In this document: positions 36,401-44,388 of the stretch, one piece after another
How positions within the stretch are numbered: the stretch's first letter is position 1
Layout: every line of letters begins with the position of its first letter
IMG/VR virus record: IMGVR_UViG_3300032268_000986
Coordinates: 1 to 64,000 of that record
Reading direction: 5' to 3' (one strand)
DNA: 64,000 bases
Program-made: the position numbers and the translations under genes
Notes under the pieces: generated by a model
The model's input: the letters and a program-made list of their open reading frames with translations, nothing else
What the model was told of the DNA's origin: nothing
Databases searched by the model: none

Positions 36401-39400
36401 TTCGGGTGTATTGATGACTGGTGCCCCTGGGTGGGATGCCGAAGACAGCAGTGACTCTGATTACGGCTCAGTGTGGGTGTATGAAAACCCAGACCGTAGT
36501 CCAGCCTGGGTGCCAATCCATGTTCAACAACCAGTGGTTGATATCCGTTTGCTCAACTCGGTGTTCTTGTATGACCGTGTCACATCGTCTACAACCGAAT
36601 TCTTGGATTTCTTTGATCCCATACAAGGCAAGATTCTTGGCGCCGCCCAACAAAACATTGATTATACCGGCGCAGTTGACCCAGCCAGTTACAACATTGG
36701 ACCTGTGAATGTTCGAGGCACAACTTGGGGTATTGAACACGTCAATGACATTTGGTGGGATATTGGTCAATGTCGGTTTATTGATCCCAACCAGGATAAC
36801 ATTGTGTATGCGAGTCGGCGGTGGGGGCAGTTGTTCCCTGACAGTTCAGTTGACATCTATCAATGGATCAAGAGCGAAGTTTCGCCTGCTGACTATGCTG
36901 GTCCAGGAACTCCGCGAGACATTGACAGCTACAGTATCAATACTCGATTAAATCGTGATGGAGTATTCAAAACTGAATATTACTTCTGGGTCAAGGGAAT
37001 TACCACAGTGGCCAACTTGAGCAACAAAACGCTCAGTGTTTCCACTATTGCTCAGTACATTGAGAATCCCAGAGCCAGTGGTATTGCCTACATGGCTCCA
37101 ATCAATGCCAGCACCATTGCACTGTACAACTGTGGTGATTTGATTGCAGCCGAAGACACTGTGATTCATGTTGAGTTTGATCGAGAACTCAACAATGACA
37201 ATGTTCACGTTGAGTACGAATTGATTGCTCAGGATCGTGCTGATGCATTCCTCAGCACCAGCTTGTATCGAAAACTGCAAGACAGTTTTTGTGGTGTTGA
37301 CACGTTTGGTAATCTAGTACCAGATCCAAATCTAAGCATTGCTGAACGGTACGGAGTTCAATTCCGTCCGCGCCAGAGCATGTTTGTGGATCGTTTTGAG
37401 GCACTAAAAAACTATCTTACCAGAGCCAATTCAGTCATGGTTCGATACCCCCTCAGCGAAAATGCCACATTCAATCTACTAAACAGCAGTGAGCCAATTC
37501 CACCATCAATTGAAGTGATCAATGGGGTCACAATTACCAATTGGAATGCGCAGGTACCAAATCTTGAAGTGCTGGGGTTCCAAAATATCTACACGGTTGC
37601 TCTAGGTTACAAGTATCTGGTGATCAGTGATAGCGATAATCGTGGATTGTGGACCATTTACACTGTGCAAAACAGCCAAACAGAGGCTGGGGTACGGGTG
37701 CTAACACTCACACGAGTACAAGGATACAATACCCCAGACTACTGGTCCTACGTCAACTGGTATTTGCCAGGCTACAATCCCAGTACCAAGGCCGTGGCCG
37801 AGGTAGCCACTTACTCTGCTTTGTTCACCATCAGTGTGTCAGTTGGCAGCAGTGTTAGAGTCACTGCCAACGCACAAGGCAAGTGGGAAATTTATATCAA
37901 AACAGTGACTGGCTGGGATCGCGTGGGTCTACAAGACGGCACCATTGAGTTTTCGGCTGAATTGTACGACTATGCCCTGGGACGATTTGGATTCGACGTT
38001 GAAGTATTTGATGCACAGTATTTTGATCAGGAACCTGTAGTTGAAACTCGCAAGATTATTCAAGCCATCAATGAAGAGTTATTTGTTGGCGATTTAGCAA
38101 TTGAACGAAACCGTGCGCTGATACTGATGTTCAACTTTGTGTTGAGCGAATTCTCTGCACCAGAATGGCTGGTCAAAACTTCATTGATCGATGTTGACCA
38201 TAGAATCCGTGCCTTGATTCCATATCAAAACTATGTTCGAGACAACCAAGAATTTGTGCTTGACTACATTCAAGAAGTCAAACCATACCATGTGCAGATA
38301 CGAGAATTCAACTTGAACTACAATGGCCAAGATGTGTTTGGTGGCGATTTAACTGACTTTGATGTACCAGCATACTACAACACTGATTTAACTGTGCCGC
38401 AATTTACCAGCCCAGTGCTGTTGCCATATAATCACGGCACAGCCCAGGTCAGCAACTATCTCAGTGATGTTCCTGCTTCCAGCACTGTGTGGACCAACTG
38501 GCCCTGGAGTCAATGGTACAACAATTATCTGTTGTCTCTAGAAGGCATAACCGTGGTCGAGGCCGGCACCGGCTATTTTGAATTGCCACAGATCATCATT
38601 CAAGGCGATGCCATTGAGCAGGCCGAAGCAGTTGCAGTAACTGACAGTCTGGGTCGCATTGTTGCTATCAATGTCATAAATCCTGGATCAGGTTATCAAG
38701 AAACCCCCACAGTTGTGTTTGATGGTGGCAACGGGACTGGAGCCCGTGCCTATGCTGTGATGAGCAATGACATGGTGCGCAGTTTCCGCACAGTGATCAG
38801 GTATGACCGTTATCAATATGTTCCCACAGTGACTCTTTGGAGCACCGATGGCACATATGAAAATGGTATGTTGGTCCGATATGACAATCGTGTGTGGCGA
38901 GCAGAAAACGCCGACGGCAGCAGTGCAGTGGTTGGGCCCACGTTTGATCTTGAAAACTGGCAACTGGTTCCGGCCAGTGAGTTGTCTGGTGTTGACCGTA
39001 CCATGGGCTTTTACGTGCCAGGCATCAATGAGCCAGGCCTAGACTTGCCACTGTTGATTGATGGAATTAACTATCCTGGAGTACAAGTCTGGGGCGATTA
39101 TTTCCTAGGAACAACCACAGTTGATGCCACATATGAGAGCGAATTTACCAACACACTGCTTGGCGATCGCTTTAGTGACATCAATGTTGTTGGCGGCCAA
39201 TTCGTTGGTGTCTATGAAGGACATGCCCCTGAAGAGTTAGTCAACGGTGCTGAATTTGACACCTTGGATATTCGGGTGTTTACTCGTCCAGGGTCAGATT
39301 GGTCGTTGCTTGACAGTGTAGTTGGCGCTGACGGCCATGGATTCCAAGTTGGAACACGTCGATATGTGTATGATCTTGCCATTACTGACACCTATAGCTG

Positions 39401-41786
39401 GGCTGGAATTGTAGAACATCCGATTGAGGTTCTTGTGGCAAATCAGACCACTGGACAAGATCTAAACAAAACAATTAACTACGTTGTGGATTGGGTTGCC
39501 CAAACCATAACAATTGTAAGTGGAGTCAGCAACGGGCAAACCATCAACATCACAGTGTATGAACTTGGTGGCGGCAGCCAATTATACCGTGCCAATTATA
39601 CCGGTGCAGACATTGGTAGAACATTGATTGTTCCAGTGGACACTGCACAAATTGCAGAAATTGCACTGTTTGTAGATGGTGTACCAGTGACTGACAACGT
39701 CTCATGGCTTCCTTGGATTGAATCAGTGACCTGGAACGACTTGACGGATTATGCCAAACAGACCATTGTAAAATCCAACAGTGTTTATTATCGTGCATTG
39801 CAATATGTGCCAGTTGGTGTGACTATTAGCAATACGGCCTATTGGTTGTCATTTGTGCCTACCCTGGCAAGCATTGTTGATCTTGGGTTTACACCAGTTG
39901 CCACTCAAGGCATTGCCTTGGTAGTCATGGGTGGCACCCTAGTTGATCCTGATCCCAATGCCACTGAGCCATATGATTCAACTAACTTTTCAAACGGCAT
40001 TGTAAACTTTGCCCCTGGCAGTTTTGATTACAGTGAATCAGAGTTTGTGTACTATAGTTGGAGTACACCACTCACACAGGTTGCAGTGGCGGATGCCACA
40101 ATTGTTGCCAATCGTATCATTACCTTGACAAATAGTCTGCAAGGGACCAATCCAGCCAACTTGATAGTAACTCGCAATGGAACAAGACTACGCCCGGCCG
40201 AGGGTATTGAGTGGATTGGGGACGACACTTCGGTCAGTTTTGGACTGCCCCAACGTGGAGCCTATAGCCAAAGCCTTATCAATGCGCCAACTGATATCCA
40301 AGTCTGGCTTGACAACATACTACAGGTTCAAAGTGTGGGCTCAGTCACTGGTGATTACAGTGTAACACCATGGACTGGCAGCAATACTCCAGGCCGCCAA
40401 GTGGTGTTTGTTCAACCACCACCATCAGGTTCACGCATTTTGATATCAGTCAACACCTTGGCAGATTACGACCTGGCTGGCAATCTCTTAGAGATTATTC
40501 CGCAGCCAAATCTAGGCGATGTGTACGCAATCACCACCTGGAACGACACTGCACAACAAAATATTTTGACCTTGGTGTTCCAAGGGCCAATAACCACTGG
40601 TGGTATACTTGACGAACCCTTTGATTCAACCCCGTATGACCTGGCAGATGCAGATCTTTCATCGCTTGATTTACCTGGTTCGTATGATTACTCAATTGGT
40701 ACAGTGATTCCCAGCAATGATTTTTGGTTGCAACGTGCTGACGTCACAGCCAGTCGCTTGTGGGTAACACTTGACGGTGTGCGCTTGTTTGAAGGTGAGG
40801 ATTTCACAGTTGATGGTGAATATCTAATACTTGCATCCGGACCCATTGGTTCTGCACAGGTGCTTGCTGTAACTGAGTTTACCAACAGTGTGGTTCCTGA
40901 TGCCATTGGATTCCGTGTGTTCCAAGACATGCGTGGAGTACAAGCAGTATTTAGAATTACCAACGCTACTACAACTGTGTTGACTCAGAATCTTGCAGCC
41001 AATGCAGATGTTATCTATGTGGACAATGCCGCAGCCTTGGGTGAGCCTAATTTGCCCAATGGGGTGTTTGGGGTGATTACCATTGATGGCGAGCGTATCA
41101 TGTATCGACATCGAGAGCTTGATAACAATACTCTGAGTGGGCTGTTGCGCGGCACAGCTGGCACAGCCGCAGCAGATCACATGTCTGGTACATCAGTATA
41201 TGATATGAGTCGTAGTAATTTGTTGTCTGAACAGTACCAGGATTATGTCGTGAGCAACAGTGCCAATGACCTTGGTACCGAGGCCCCTGGCATCGTCGAA
41301 GGTTACACCTACACCATTACCACTCTGGGCACTACTGATTTTACCACTATTGGAGCACTGGTCAACACTGTGGGCACAACATTTGTGGCCACCAGTGCAG
41401 GGTCTGGCACAGGGCGAGCAATCATTGCCGGACAAACTGCTACCAAATTCATTGCTCCAAGTATAAATCCTGCATCGTTCAACGACAGTGCAATTGAAAC
41501 CAACAGTATTGAAGTATATGTTGGCGGAGTAAGACAGTACGCTGTTGGCAACACAGCAGCAAAATCTCAATATCGATATTTTGTCACTGATTGGGATCCA
41601 GCTGCAATTGAATTTGTAGTAGATGATTCAGTTTATCCACCACTGGTTGCGCCAGCCGACGGCAGCGAAGTGTTGATTTTGGTGCGCCAGGGATCTTGGT
41701 GGTACAACGTTGCAACCGAAGCTGAACGCAACCAAGCTCTGCAAGAATCACAGTCTCCGCAGGCAAGGTTTTTTAGAGGTCAATAA
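27414..41786 (+). CDS. Giant (4790 aa) baseplate wedge/fibre structural protein
   Basis: Follows gp6; starts FLPEIFQT; contains VKPYHV wedge-type motif, FG-GAP-like repeats, W..YxxGxxVxY modules and Ig-like DYT repeats. Confidence 0.75.
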   Translation: MASTVRSVDFLPEIFQTDANKQFLAATLDQLIQEPKFKKTQGFIGRTVGPGVNPNDKYVVELDKTRADYQLEVGVVSLKPDTDDIQTVITYPGINDAVAQQGGITTRPDRLYSSEFYSWDPFVDFDTFINFSQYYWLPTGPDAVDVAATGVPASDNFVVTRENGAYTFSGLAGENPTIELLRNGNYTFQVAQNNKETVNYRVRNSGNSSYTINYEANPALTLARGNTYVFNLNLTGDYPFWIKTEPSTGLGDIYSSGVSRNGAVTGLITFVVPQDAPDTLYYSAQTQSNMNGVLNIVDGVPGTGPGFWIQSAPGVSGQLPATPNISSREVLGVINNGEDLGTVTFNVPSKTAQEFYYNLTNIGVVNLITDLQFDQINNQPIASFIAQYGGIDGVTNLNGRTLIFDNYNPNITDAETTGWQRTTLYDPLIESSANNGLPGSFDSIPYDQVTDIPPEDRYQIWQITYSNIGGELYLELNKITDIAPLEKFNINYGNVYSSTQWYKDNDGLIKQIPALTAIQDTVYYQDGTDPSIFGRIKLLDQTQQSTLFVDEIIGKKNYTAANGVVFTNGLKIIFRGDVEPATYLNTEYYVSGVGTAIELLPVSNFITPETYVPETNDSGLPIPEDLDYLTIDRSAQNLNAWSRSNRWFHVDVISATSRYNNTTTVLDNNYRAKRPIIQFRPDIRLWNMGTQGKQPIDAIDFEETDALSNVNGQPSYTVNGYSLVQGSRVIFAADEDADVRNKIYVVNFISPDSALPLPAPLTAQPYINLVPASDGEVLLDQSVVCLYGTNTTGITFWFDGTEWTQAQQKTGVQQAPLFDVYDPDGISFGNTTKYQSTTFAGSKLFSYAVGDTNILDPVLQFPLQYLNINNVGDIVFQNNLYKDTFLYVQDNVSVTSDISSGSVREYIDRLTYQLLIGWQTAVSPTTMRQQFKFTYTTATLKLDVKVVDDNTVPPIQLYVGSKFQEPSVYTYTTTDNSTTITLLNTYVIGDVIEVAVLSDQVSQVAFYQPPFNLEKNPLNGNSDAFTLGTIRTHYESICENLLTLNGAINGPNNSRDLGNLVPYGQIILQQSAPVTMAGYFLRSDKYNIFGALQYNSREYTKFKALMLDAVTRQTINFQTPSEILNTAIQDITVGRVETQPFYWSDMLPQGAVYTSTTYTVTVISTSTFDTVQVYDYTSANYLGLLVYLNNRLLVRGVDYVVATDGPRFTILVPLAVGDVVLVDEYASTAGNFVPNTPTKLGLYPAWQPAVIQQRSSKGYITGILGHDGSFTPAFEDIRDQVLLEFETRIYNNLKLDGNPVPMTIYDVLPGQFRDTGYTYAEINNIFAGDFMSYVAWNKLDYKTQAYNSTNSFTYNYSGSQNKLDNENLLGAWRGIYRYFYDTEQPQLTPWEMLGLSIKPTWWESTYGAAPYTQDNLVLWDDLEAGYVRDPITPYYKPEFARPGLTRVIPTGTEGDLLSPFESVVGNYNAITFQKSWALGDGSPVEASWWNSSSYPFSVMHVLAVTRPAKFFSLFADRDLYRYNTDYQQYLYNNRYRLDANGIEVYGNGVSKASFVDWIVDYNRQTGVDSTDDLTADLKFLDVRLCYRMASFSDKQYIKLYTEKSSPNSTNTALQIPDESYDLLLYKNQPFDRINYSAVVVQQTPGGYAVFGYSTVSPYFEIVQSKATGQLQTISAGGVSVQVPTLYTDTVVQVPYGFVFPNQSGVVDFLLCYGRLMQSQGLTFTNYANGYLLDWQQMSREFLYWSTQGWEDNALINLNPLANKLSVTSPGLIVDSIRVQTTDDILLDQNRRQLDTRSLNIVRLDNTFTAEPLTGQTLSYIDLSFTTYEHMIVLRNQSVFGDLMYDPVTGARQNRLNLVAVTTTDWNGTVNAQGFILNQDNVEEWTGLRTYSKGEIVKYKNVYWSALTIVQPSTAFDFNDWVQSDYTQIELGLLPNLSNKANQLANSYNTNAANIESDNDLLSYGLIGFRPRQYMAALNLDDVSQINIYQQFLGSKGTQLSAELFARANLGKETGDYDIYENWAVQRAVYGANANRSFFELRLNRALLDSNPSLVQVTYPQEPSQADQQIFLNDVWRQSYRLTSPDILPTTTVLPTDIGLPTAGYVNIDDADITVFSINDPADLSANLDSIQVGTSIWVAKINEYDWNIYRADNVPGQIQHVCDNLNGTSRVIFSTAHGLVDGDYLIIKYFDTEVDGVYRVLGVPNINTVNIAFTFTAPRVQADAIGIGYTLQTMRVSQASDVDNLPYALRILPGARVWVDNDGAGRWEVLEKQDVFSTVVGLSPVLFDATERYGYSVTQAVNRLAALVGSPRYGFNLSANPKGGVYVYVKNYSDQYTPVSPLVAGDAILTLGATGVRGYGNAVDFGNQTWAVAGASASLGPSSQTNNGYACVIYRNPVLGQPGVIPYAQWQLLTQPGTTTSTTPGAGEFGYSVTMSLDERWMYIGAPGLNLVHAYGRVDWQNQVLQSISDGSTVSYDISDVIQIDQATQLRVLVDGRVLTLGVDYTVSGDFSTVLLTTSADPADVVEIQRNYIAVLPTNGSTVTFDLGDYFFTANNIYSFSVTVNDALLRPNIDYTFNIATQVVTFQATYLSTDIVIVTAESYFNYVNSVTVAGLAADARFGHSVSTSTDGRQVIVGTPYVTVDGETQAGAVYVFDRNVQRFTVTNANDNTYTVLGATTQPVAVILNNQFLLNEDDAIAGADGTFAIAGSTVTINATLSVGDIIEIETNQFVRQQSIVQNTVADFSNYGTSVDLCLFNCSLYSGAPQSSAQIFKGGIVERNVNQARVYGTITATVANPVLTVGNTLRINNQDVLIPAASGSTTSLQGLANNINSQVINVTAAVSSTGFLTISVKNSGAAAPGNRLQVAPGSVGTAYSDLGFECFVWTQNIQSPYPTEMAQFGQSISINDTADALVVGAPAASLYLEMLFDDGTTIFDGNSTIFFTLIAQCGAVYTYDYLPSSTDSVANPGMFVFGSQIGNSDLTSLAQYGFAVNYTSGVLMTGAPGWDAEDSSDSDYGSVWVYENPDRSPAWVPIHVQQPVVDIRLLNSVFLYDRVTSSTTEFLDFFDPIQGKILGAAQQNIDYTGAVDPASYNIGPVNVRGTTWGIEHVNDIWWDIGQCRFIDPNQDNIVYASRRWGQLFPDSSVDIYQWIKSEVSPADYAGPGTPRDIDSYSINTRLNRDGVFKTEYYFWVKGITTVANLSNKTLSVSTIAQYIENPRASGIAYMAPINASTIALYNCGDLIAAEDTVIHVEFDRELNNDNVHVEYELIAQDRADAFLSTSLYRKLQDSFCGVDTFGNLVPDPNLSIAERYGVQFRPRQSMFVDRFEALKNYLTRANSVMVRYPLSENATFNLLNSSEPIPPSIEVINGVTITNWNAQVPNLEVLGFQNIYTVALGYKYLVISDSDNRGLWTIYTVQNSQTEAGVRVLTLTRVQGYNTPDYWSYVNWYLPGYNPSTKAVAEVATYSALFTISVSVGSSVRVTANAQGKWEIYIKTVTGWDRVGLQDGTIEFSAELYDYALGRFGFDVEVFDAQYFDQEPVVETRKIIQAINEELFVGDLAIERNRALILMFNFVLSEFSAPEWLVKTSLIDVDHRIRALIPYQNYVRDNQEFVLDYIQEVKPYHVQIREFNLNYNGQDVFGGDLTDFDVPAYYNTDLTVPQFTSPVLLPYNHGTAQVSNYLSDVPASSTVWTNWPWSQWYNNYLLSLEGITVVEAGTGYFELPQIIIQGDAIEQAEAVAVTDSLGRIVAINVINPGSGYQETPTVVFDGGNGTGARAYAVMSNDMVRSFRTVIRYDRYQYVPTVTLWSTDGTYENGMLVRYDNRVWRAENADGSSAVVGPTFDLENWQLVPASELSGVDRTMGFYVPGINEPGLDLPLLIDGINYPGVQVWGDYFLGTTTVDATYESEFTNTLLGDRFSDINVVGGQFVGVYEGHAPEELVNGAEFDTLDIRVFTRPGSDWSLLDSVVGADGHGFQVGTRRYVYDLAITDTYSWAGIVEHPIEVLVANQTTGQDLNKTINYVVDWVAQTITIVSGVSNGQTINITVYELGGGSQLYRANYTGADIGRTLIVPVDTAQIAEIALFVDGVPVTDNVSWLPWIESVTWNDLTDYAKQTIVKSNSVYYRALQYVPVGVTISNTAYWLSFVPTLASIVDLGFTPVATQGIALVVMGGTLVDPDPNATEPYDSTNFSNGIVNFAPGSFDYSESEFVYYSWSTPLTQVAVADATIVANRIITLTNSLQGTNPANLIVTRNGTRLRPAEGIEWIGDDTSVSFGLPQRGAYSQSLINAPTDIQVWLDNILQVQSVGSVTGDYSVTPWTGSNTPGRQVVFVQPPPSGSRILISVNTLADYDLAGNLLEIIPQPNLGDVYAITTWNDTAQQNILTLVFQGPITTGGILDEPFDSTPYDLADADLSSLDLPGSYDYSIGTVIPSNDFWLQRADVTASRLWVTLDGVRLFEGEDFTVDGEYLILASGPIGSAQVLAVTEFTNSVVPDAIGFRVFQDMRGVQAVFRITNATTTVLTQNLAANADVIYVDNAAALGEPNLPNGVFGVITIDGERIMYRHRELDNNTLSGLLRGTAGTAAADHMSGTSVYDMSRSNLLSEQYQDYVVSNSANDLGTEAPGIVEGYTYTITTLGTTDFTTIGALVNTVGTTFVATSAGSGTGRAIIAGQTATKFIAPSINPASFNDSAIETNSIEVYVGGVRQYAVGNTAAKSQYRYFVTDWDPAAIEFVVDDSVYPPLVAPADGSEVLILVRQGSWWYNVATEAERNQALQESQSPQARFFRGQ

Positions 41787-41805
41787 ACAAGGTAAATAAA
41801 GCACC

Positions 41806-41955
41806 ATGTCAAACAGCAATTCTAAAACTCAACCACCTGCACAGCCAACCCAGCAGCCACGCAAGCCCAATGAAACCGGCACAATTTCGGTGCAGGCGCA
41901 CATGCGCATTTATGATCCAAAAACACAGAAAACATTTGTGGAGGGACGAGCATGA
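41806..41955 (+). CDS. Small 49-aa protein (not in ORF track)
   Basis: MSNSNSKTQPPAQPTQQPRKPNETGTISVQAHMRIYDPKTQKTFVEGRA; TAAATA 7 nt upstream; ATGA overlap with the next gene. Confidence 0.7.
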   Translation: MSNSNSKTQPPAQPTQQPRKPNETGTISVQAHMRIYDPKTQKTFVEGRA

Positions 41956-42557
41956 TTACTCCAGGACTGTGTAAAATTCAAGGATTTGTCAAGATTCACG
42001 ACCCCGTGAGCGGTGACATCTTCTATGATGATCACAATGCTATTCACTACGAAAACATTTCAATTGCCATGGCGCAGACCTTGAGTAACCGGGACTTGGG
42101 ATACATATATCAAATGGCATTTGGCAACGGTGGAAGTTCAGTGGACCCCACTGGAGTAATCACTTATTTGCCCCCTAATACCACAGGGCAAAATGCTGAT
42201 TTATACAATCAAACCTATGCCAAGGTTGTTGATGACAATTCAGCAGCTGACACTGATCCAATCAACAACAAAATGACTGTGCTGCACACCGCAGGCAACT
42301 TTTATACAGATATTCTTGTTACTTGTTTGTTGGATTATGGCGAACCTCCGGAACAACAGGCGTTTGACAATTCAACCCAGTACAATGGTGAATATGTGTT
42401 TGATGAACTGGGCCTCAAGGTCTGGAACGGCGCAGCCGACAATTTGAGACTGATCACTCATGTGATTTTTCACCCTGTGCAAAAGAGCTTGAATCGACAG
42501 ATTCAAATTGATTACACACTACGTATACAAACGTTGAGCAATATCAACGCTGTATAA
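41952..42557 (+). CDS. Virion structural protein (baseplate/tail-fibre adaptor-like)
   Basis: NAIHYEN, MAFGNGG, FDELGL, THVIFHPVQKSLNR.IQIDYT; structural operon context. Confidence 0.65.
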   Translation: MITPGLCKIQGFVKIHDPVSGDIFYDDHNAIHYENISIAMAQTLSNRDLGYIYQMAFGNGGSSVDPTGVITYLPPNTTGQNADLYNQTYAKVVDDNSAADTDPINNKMTVLHTAGNFYTDILVTCLLDYGEPPEQQAFDNSTQYNGEYVFDELGLKVWNGAADNLRLITHVIFHPVQKSLNRQIQIDYTLRIQTLSNINAV

Positions 42558-42560
42558 ATA
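42553..42560 (+). promoter_or_regulatory. T4-type late promoter TATAAATA
   Basis: Exact match upstream of the tail fibre gene. Confidence 0.7.
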
Positions 42561-42587
42561 CGAGTTATATAGGAATAGGCAACTAAC

Positions 42588-44375
42588 ATGGCATATACAA
42601 TTAACCTTACTGACGGTACCATTTTTGCTACCGTTGCTGACGGTACCGTTAATACATCAAGCAGCATGACGCTGGTGGGCAAAAACTACGCTGGCTACGG
42701 TGAATTTTTAGACGAAAACTTTATTCACTTGCTGGAGAACGGGTCAAACACCACAGCACCTCCCAGTCCACTGACTGGACAGTTGTGGTGGGACAAAACC
42801 AACACCTTGCTCAAGGTCTACAATGGTACCACATTTAAAACCATCAGTGCTGCCACTGCCAGTGCTACACAGCCGGCATCAAATGTAACCGGTGACTTGT
42901 GGTACGACACTGTGAATCAACAGGTCAAGGTCTACACCGGTACTGGATTTATTGTAGTTGGTCCTGCATTCAGCAGCTCACAAGGAACATCTGGCGCTAT
43001 TCCTGAAACCATCAATGATTCAGGTGCTACACCACACTTTGTGACCACACTGTATGTCAACAACAGTCGAGTGGCCATTGTCAGCAAGGATGCTAACTTT
43101 ACTCCAGCAGCGCCAATAAACACCACATTCCCCACAATTTACAATGGTATCACATTGTGGAATTCAGGATCGCCTGTGTTTGGCGGCGATGCCACCAACG
43201 CACAAACTTTAGGCGGTTTGGCCAGCAGTGATTTCATGAGAGCCACTGCCAATACATCTACAACTGGCACAGTCAGAGTGCTCAACAACACCGGATTGTT
43301 TGTGGGTGCATCCAATGTGTTCAACGTCAACACCACCTCAACAGATGCCAACATCAAGAGTGATATTTTAAATGGCAACTTAAACATTCAAGCCAATGTT
43401 GGCGGCACAACTTTCTTGGTTGCGCAAGCCTTGGGCAGCAATGGTACCTTTTCCATTGCCAACAGCGCCACCGTTGGCAACTTATTGACAGTTACCAGCA
43501 CAATTTCTGGTGGTAACCTCAACACTGGCGGCGCTGTCAGCGCCACAGGCAACGTCACTGGTGGCAACATCAAGACCGCCAATGTGTTGGTTGGTGCAAG
43601 CACTGTCAGCGCCGTTGGTAACATCACTGGTGGCAACGTGCTCACCGGTGGCATTGTCAGCGCAACTGGCAACATTTCCAGTGCTGCCAACGTTTCGGGC
43701 ACCTATTTTATTGGCAATGGTAGTCAGCTCAGTGGACTCAGTGCAGCAGTTAGCGTGACCAAGATTGTCAACGGTACCAGCGAAGCCAACATTGGTGCTT
43801 CGGGTGGTAACTTGAGTATCACAATTGGCGCAACTGCCAACGTGGTTGTGGTTGATACCACCACAGTATACGCCAACGTGGTCAGTGTTAGAAGCATTGC
43901 CAAGACCGGTACCAACGCAGTGGGCAACATTGGTAGTTCAAGCAACTACTTTGAACGTGTGTTTGCCACAGCCACCACAGCCTTGTACGCTGACGTTGCA
44001 GAACGTTTTGCAGCAGACGAAGTCATGGAGCCAGGCACAGTGGTTGAACTGGGCGGCACAGCCGAAATTACTCGCTCACAGCGTGACCTAAGTGACACAG
44101 TGTTTGGTGTTATTTCTACCAAGCCTGCGTTTACCATGAACGGTGGCGCTGGCGAAGACGATACTCACCCAGCAGTGGCCATGACTGGACGTGTGCCAGT
44201 CAAAGTTATTGGCACTGTGCGCAAGGGTGATCGCTTGGTCAGTGCTGGTAACGGTATTGCTCGAGCCGCCAACCCCGGCGAAATCACAGCATTCAACGTG
44301 ATTGGTCGAAGCTTGGTTGACAAAACCACTGCCGAAGAAGGTGCAATTGAAGCAATTGTAACAATCAAGAACTAA
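42588..44375 (+). CDS. Tail fibre protein with C-terminal intramolecular chaperone-like domain
   Basis: N-terminal LVGKNYAGYGE..ENF, GQLWWD, GNITGGN repeats, YADVAERF...GRVPVKV..GDRLV. Confidence 0.85.
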   Translation: MAYTINLTDGTIFATVADGTVNTSSSMTLVGKNYAGYGEFLDENFIHLLENGSNTTAPPSPLTGQLWWDKTNTLLKVYNGTTFKTISAATASATQPASNVTGDLWYDTVNQQVKVYTGTGFIVVGPAFSSSQGTSGAIPETINDSGATPHFVTTLYVNNSRVAIVSKDANFTPAAPINTTFPTIYNGITLWNSGSPVFGGDATNAQTLGGLASSDFMRATANTSTTGTVRVLNNTGLFVGASNVFNVNTTSTDANIKSDILNGNLNIQANVGGTTFLVAQALGSNGTFSIANSATVGNLLTVTSTISGGNLNTGGAVSATGNVTGGNIKTANVLVGASTVSAVGNITGGNVLTGGIVSATGNISSAANVSGTYFIGNGSQLSGLSAAVSVTKIVNGTSEANIGASGGNLSITIGATANVVVVDTTTVYANVVSVRSIAKTGTNAVGNIGSSSNYFERVFATATTALYADVAERFAADEVMEPGTVVELGGTAEITRSQRDLSDTVFGVISTKPAFTMNGGAGEDDTHPAVAMTGRVPVKVIGTVRKGDRLVSAGNGIARAANPGEITAFNVIGRSLVDKTTAEEGAIEAIVTIKN

Positions 44376-44388
44376 TAGGAACTAGGCA

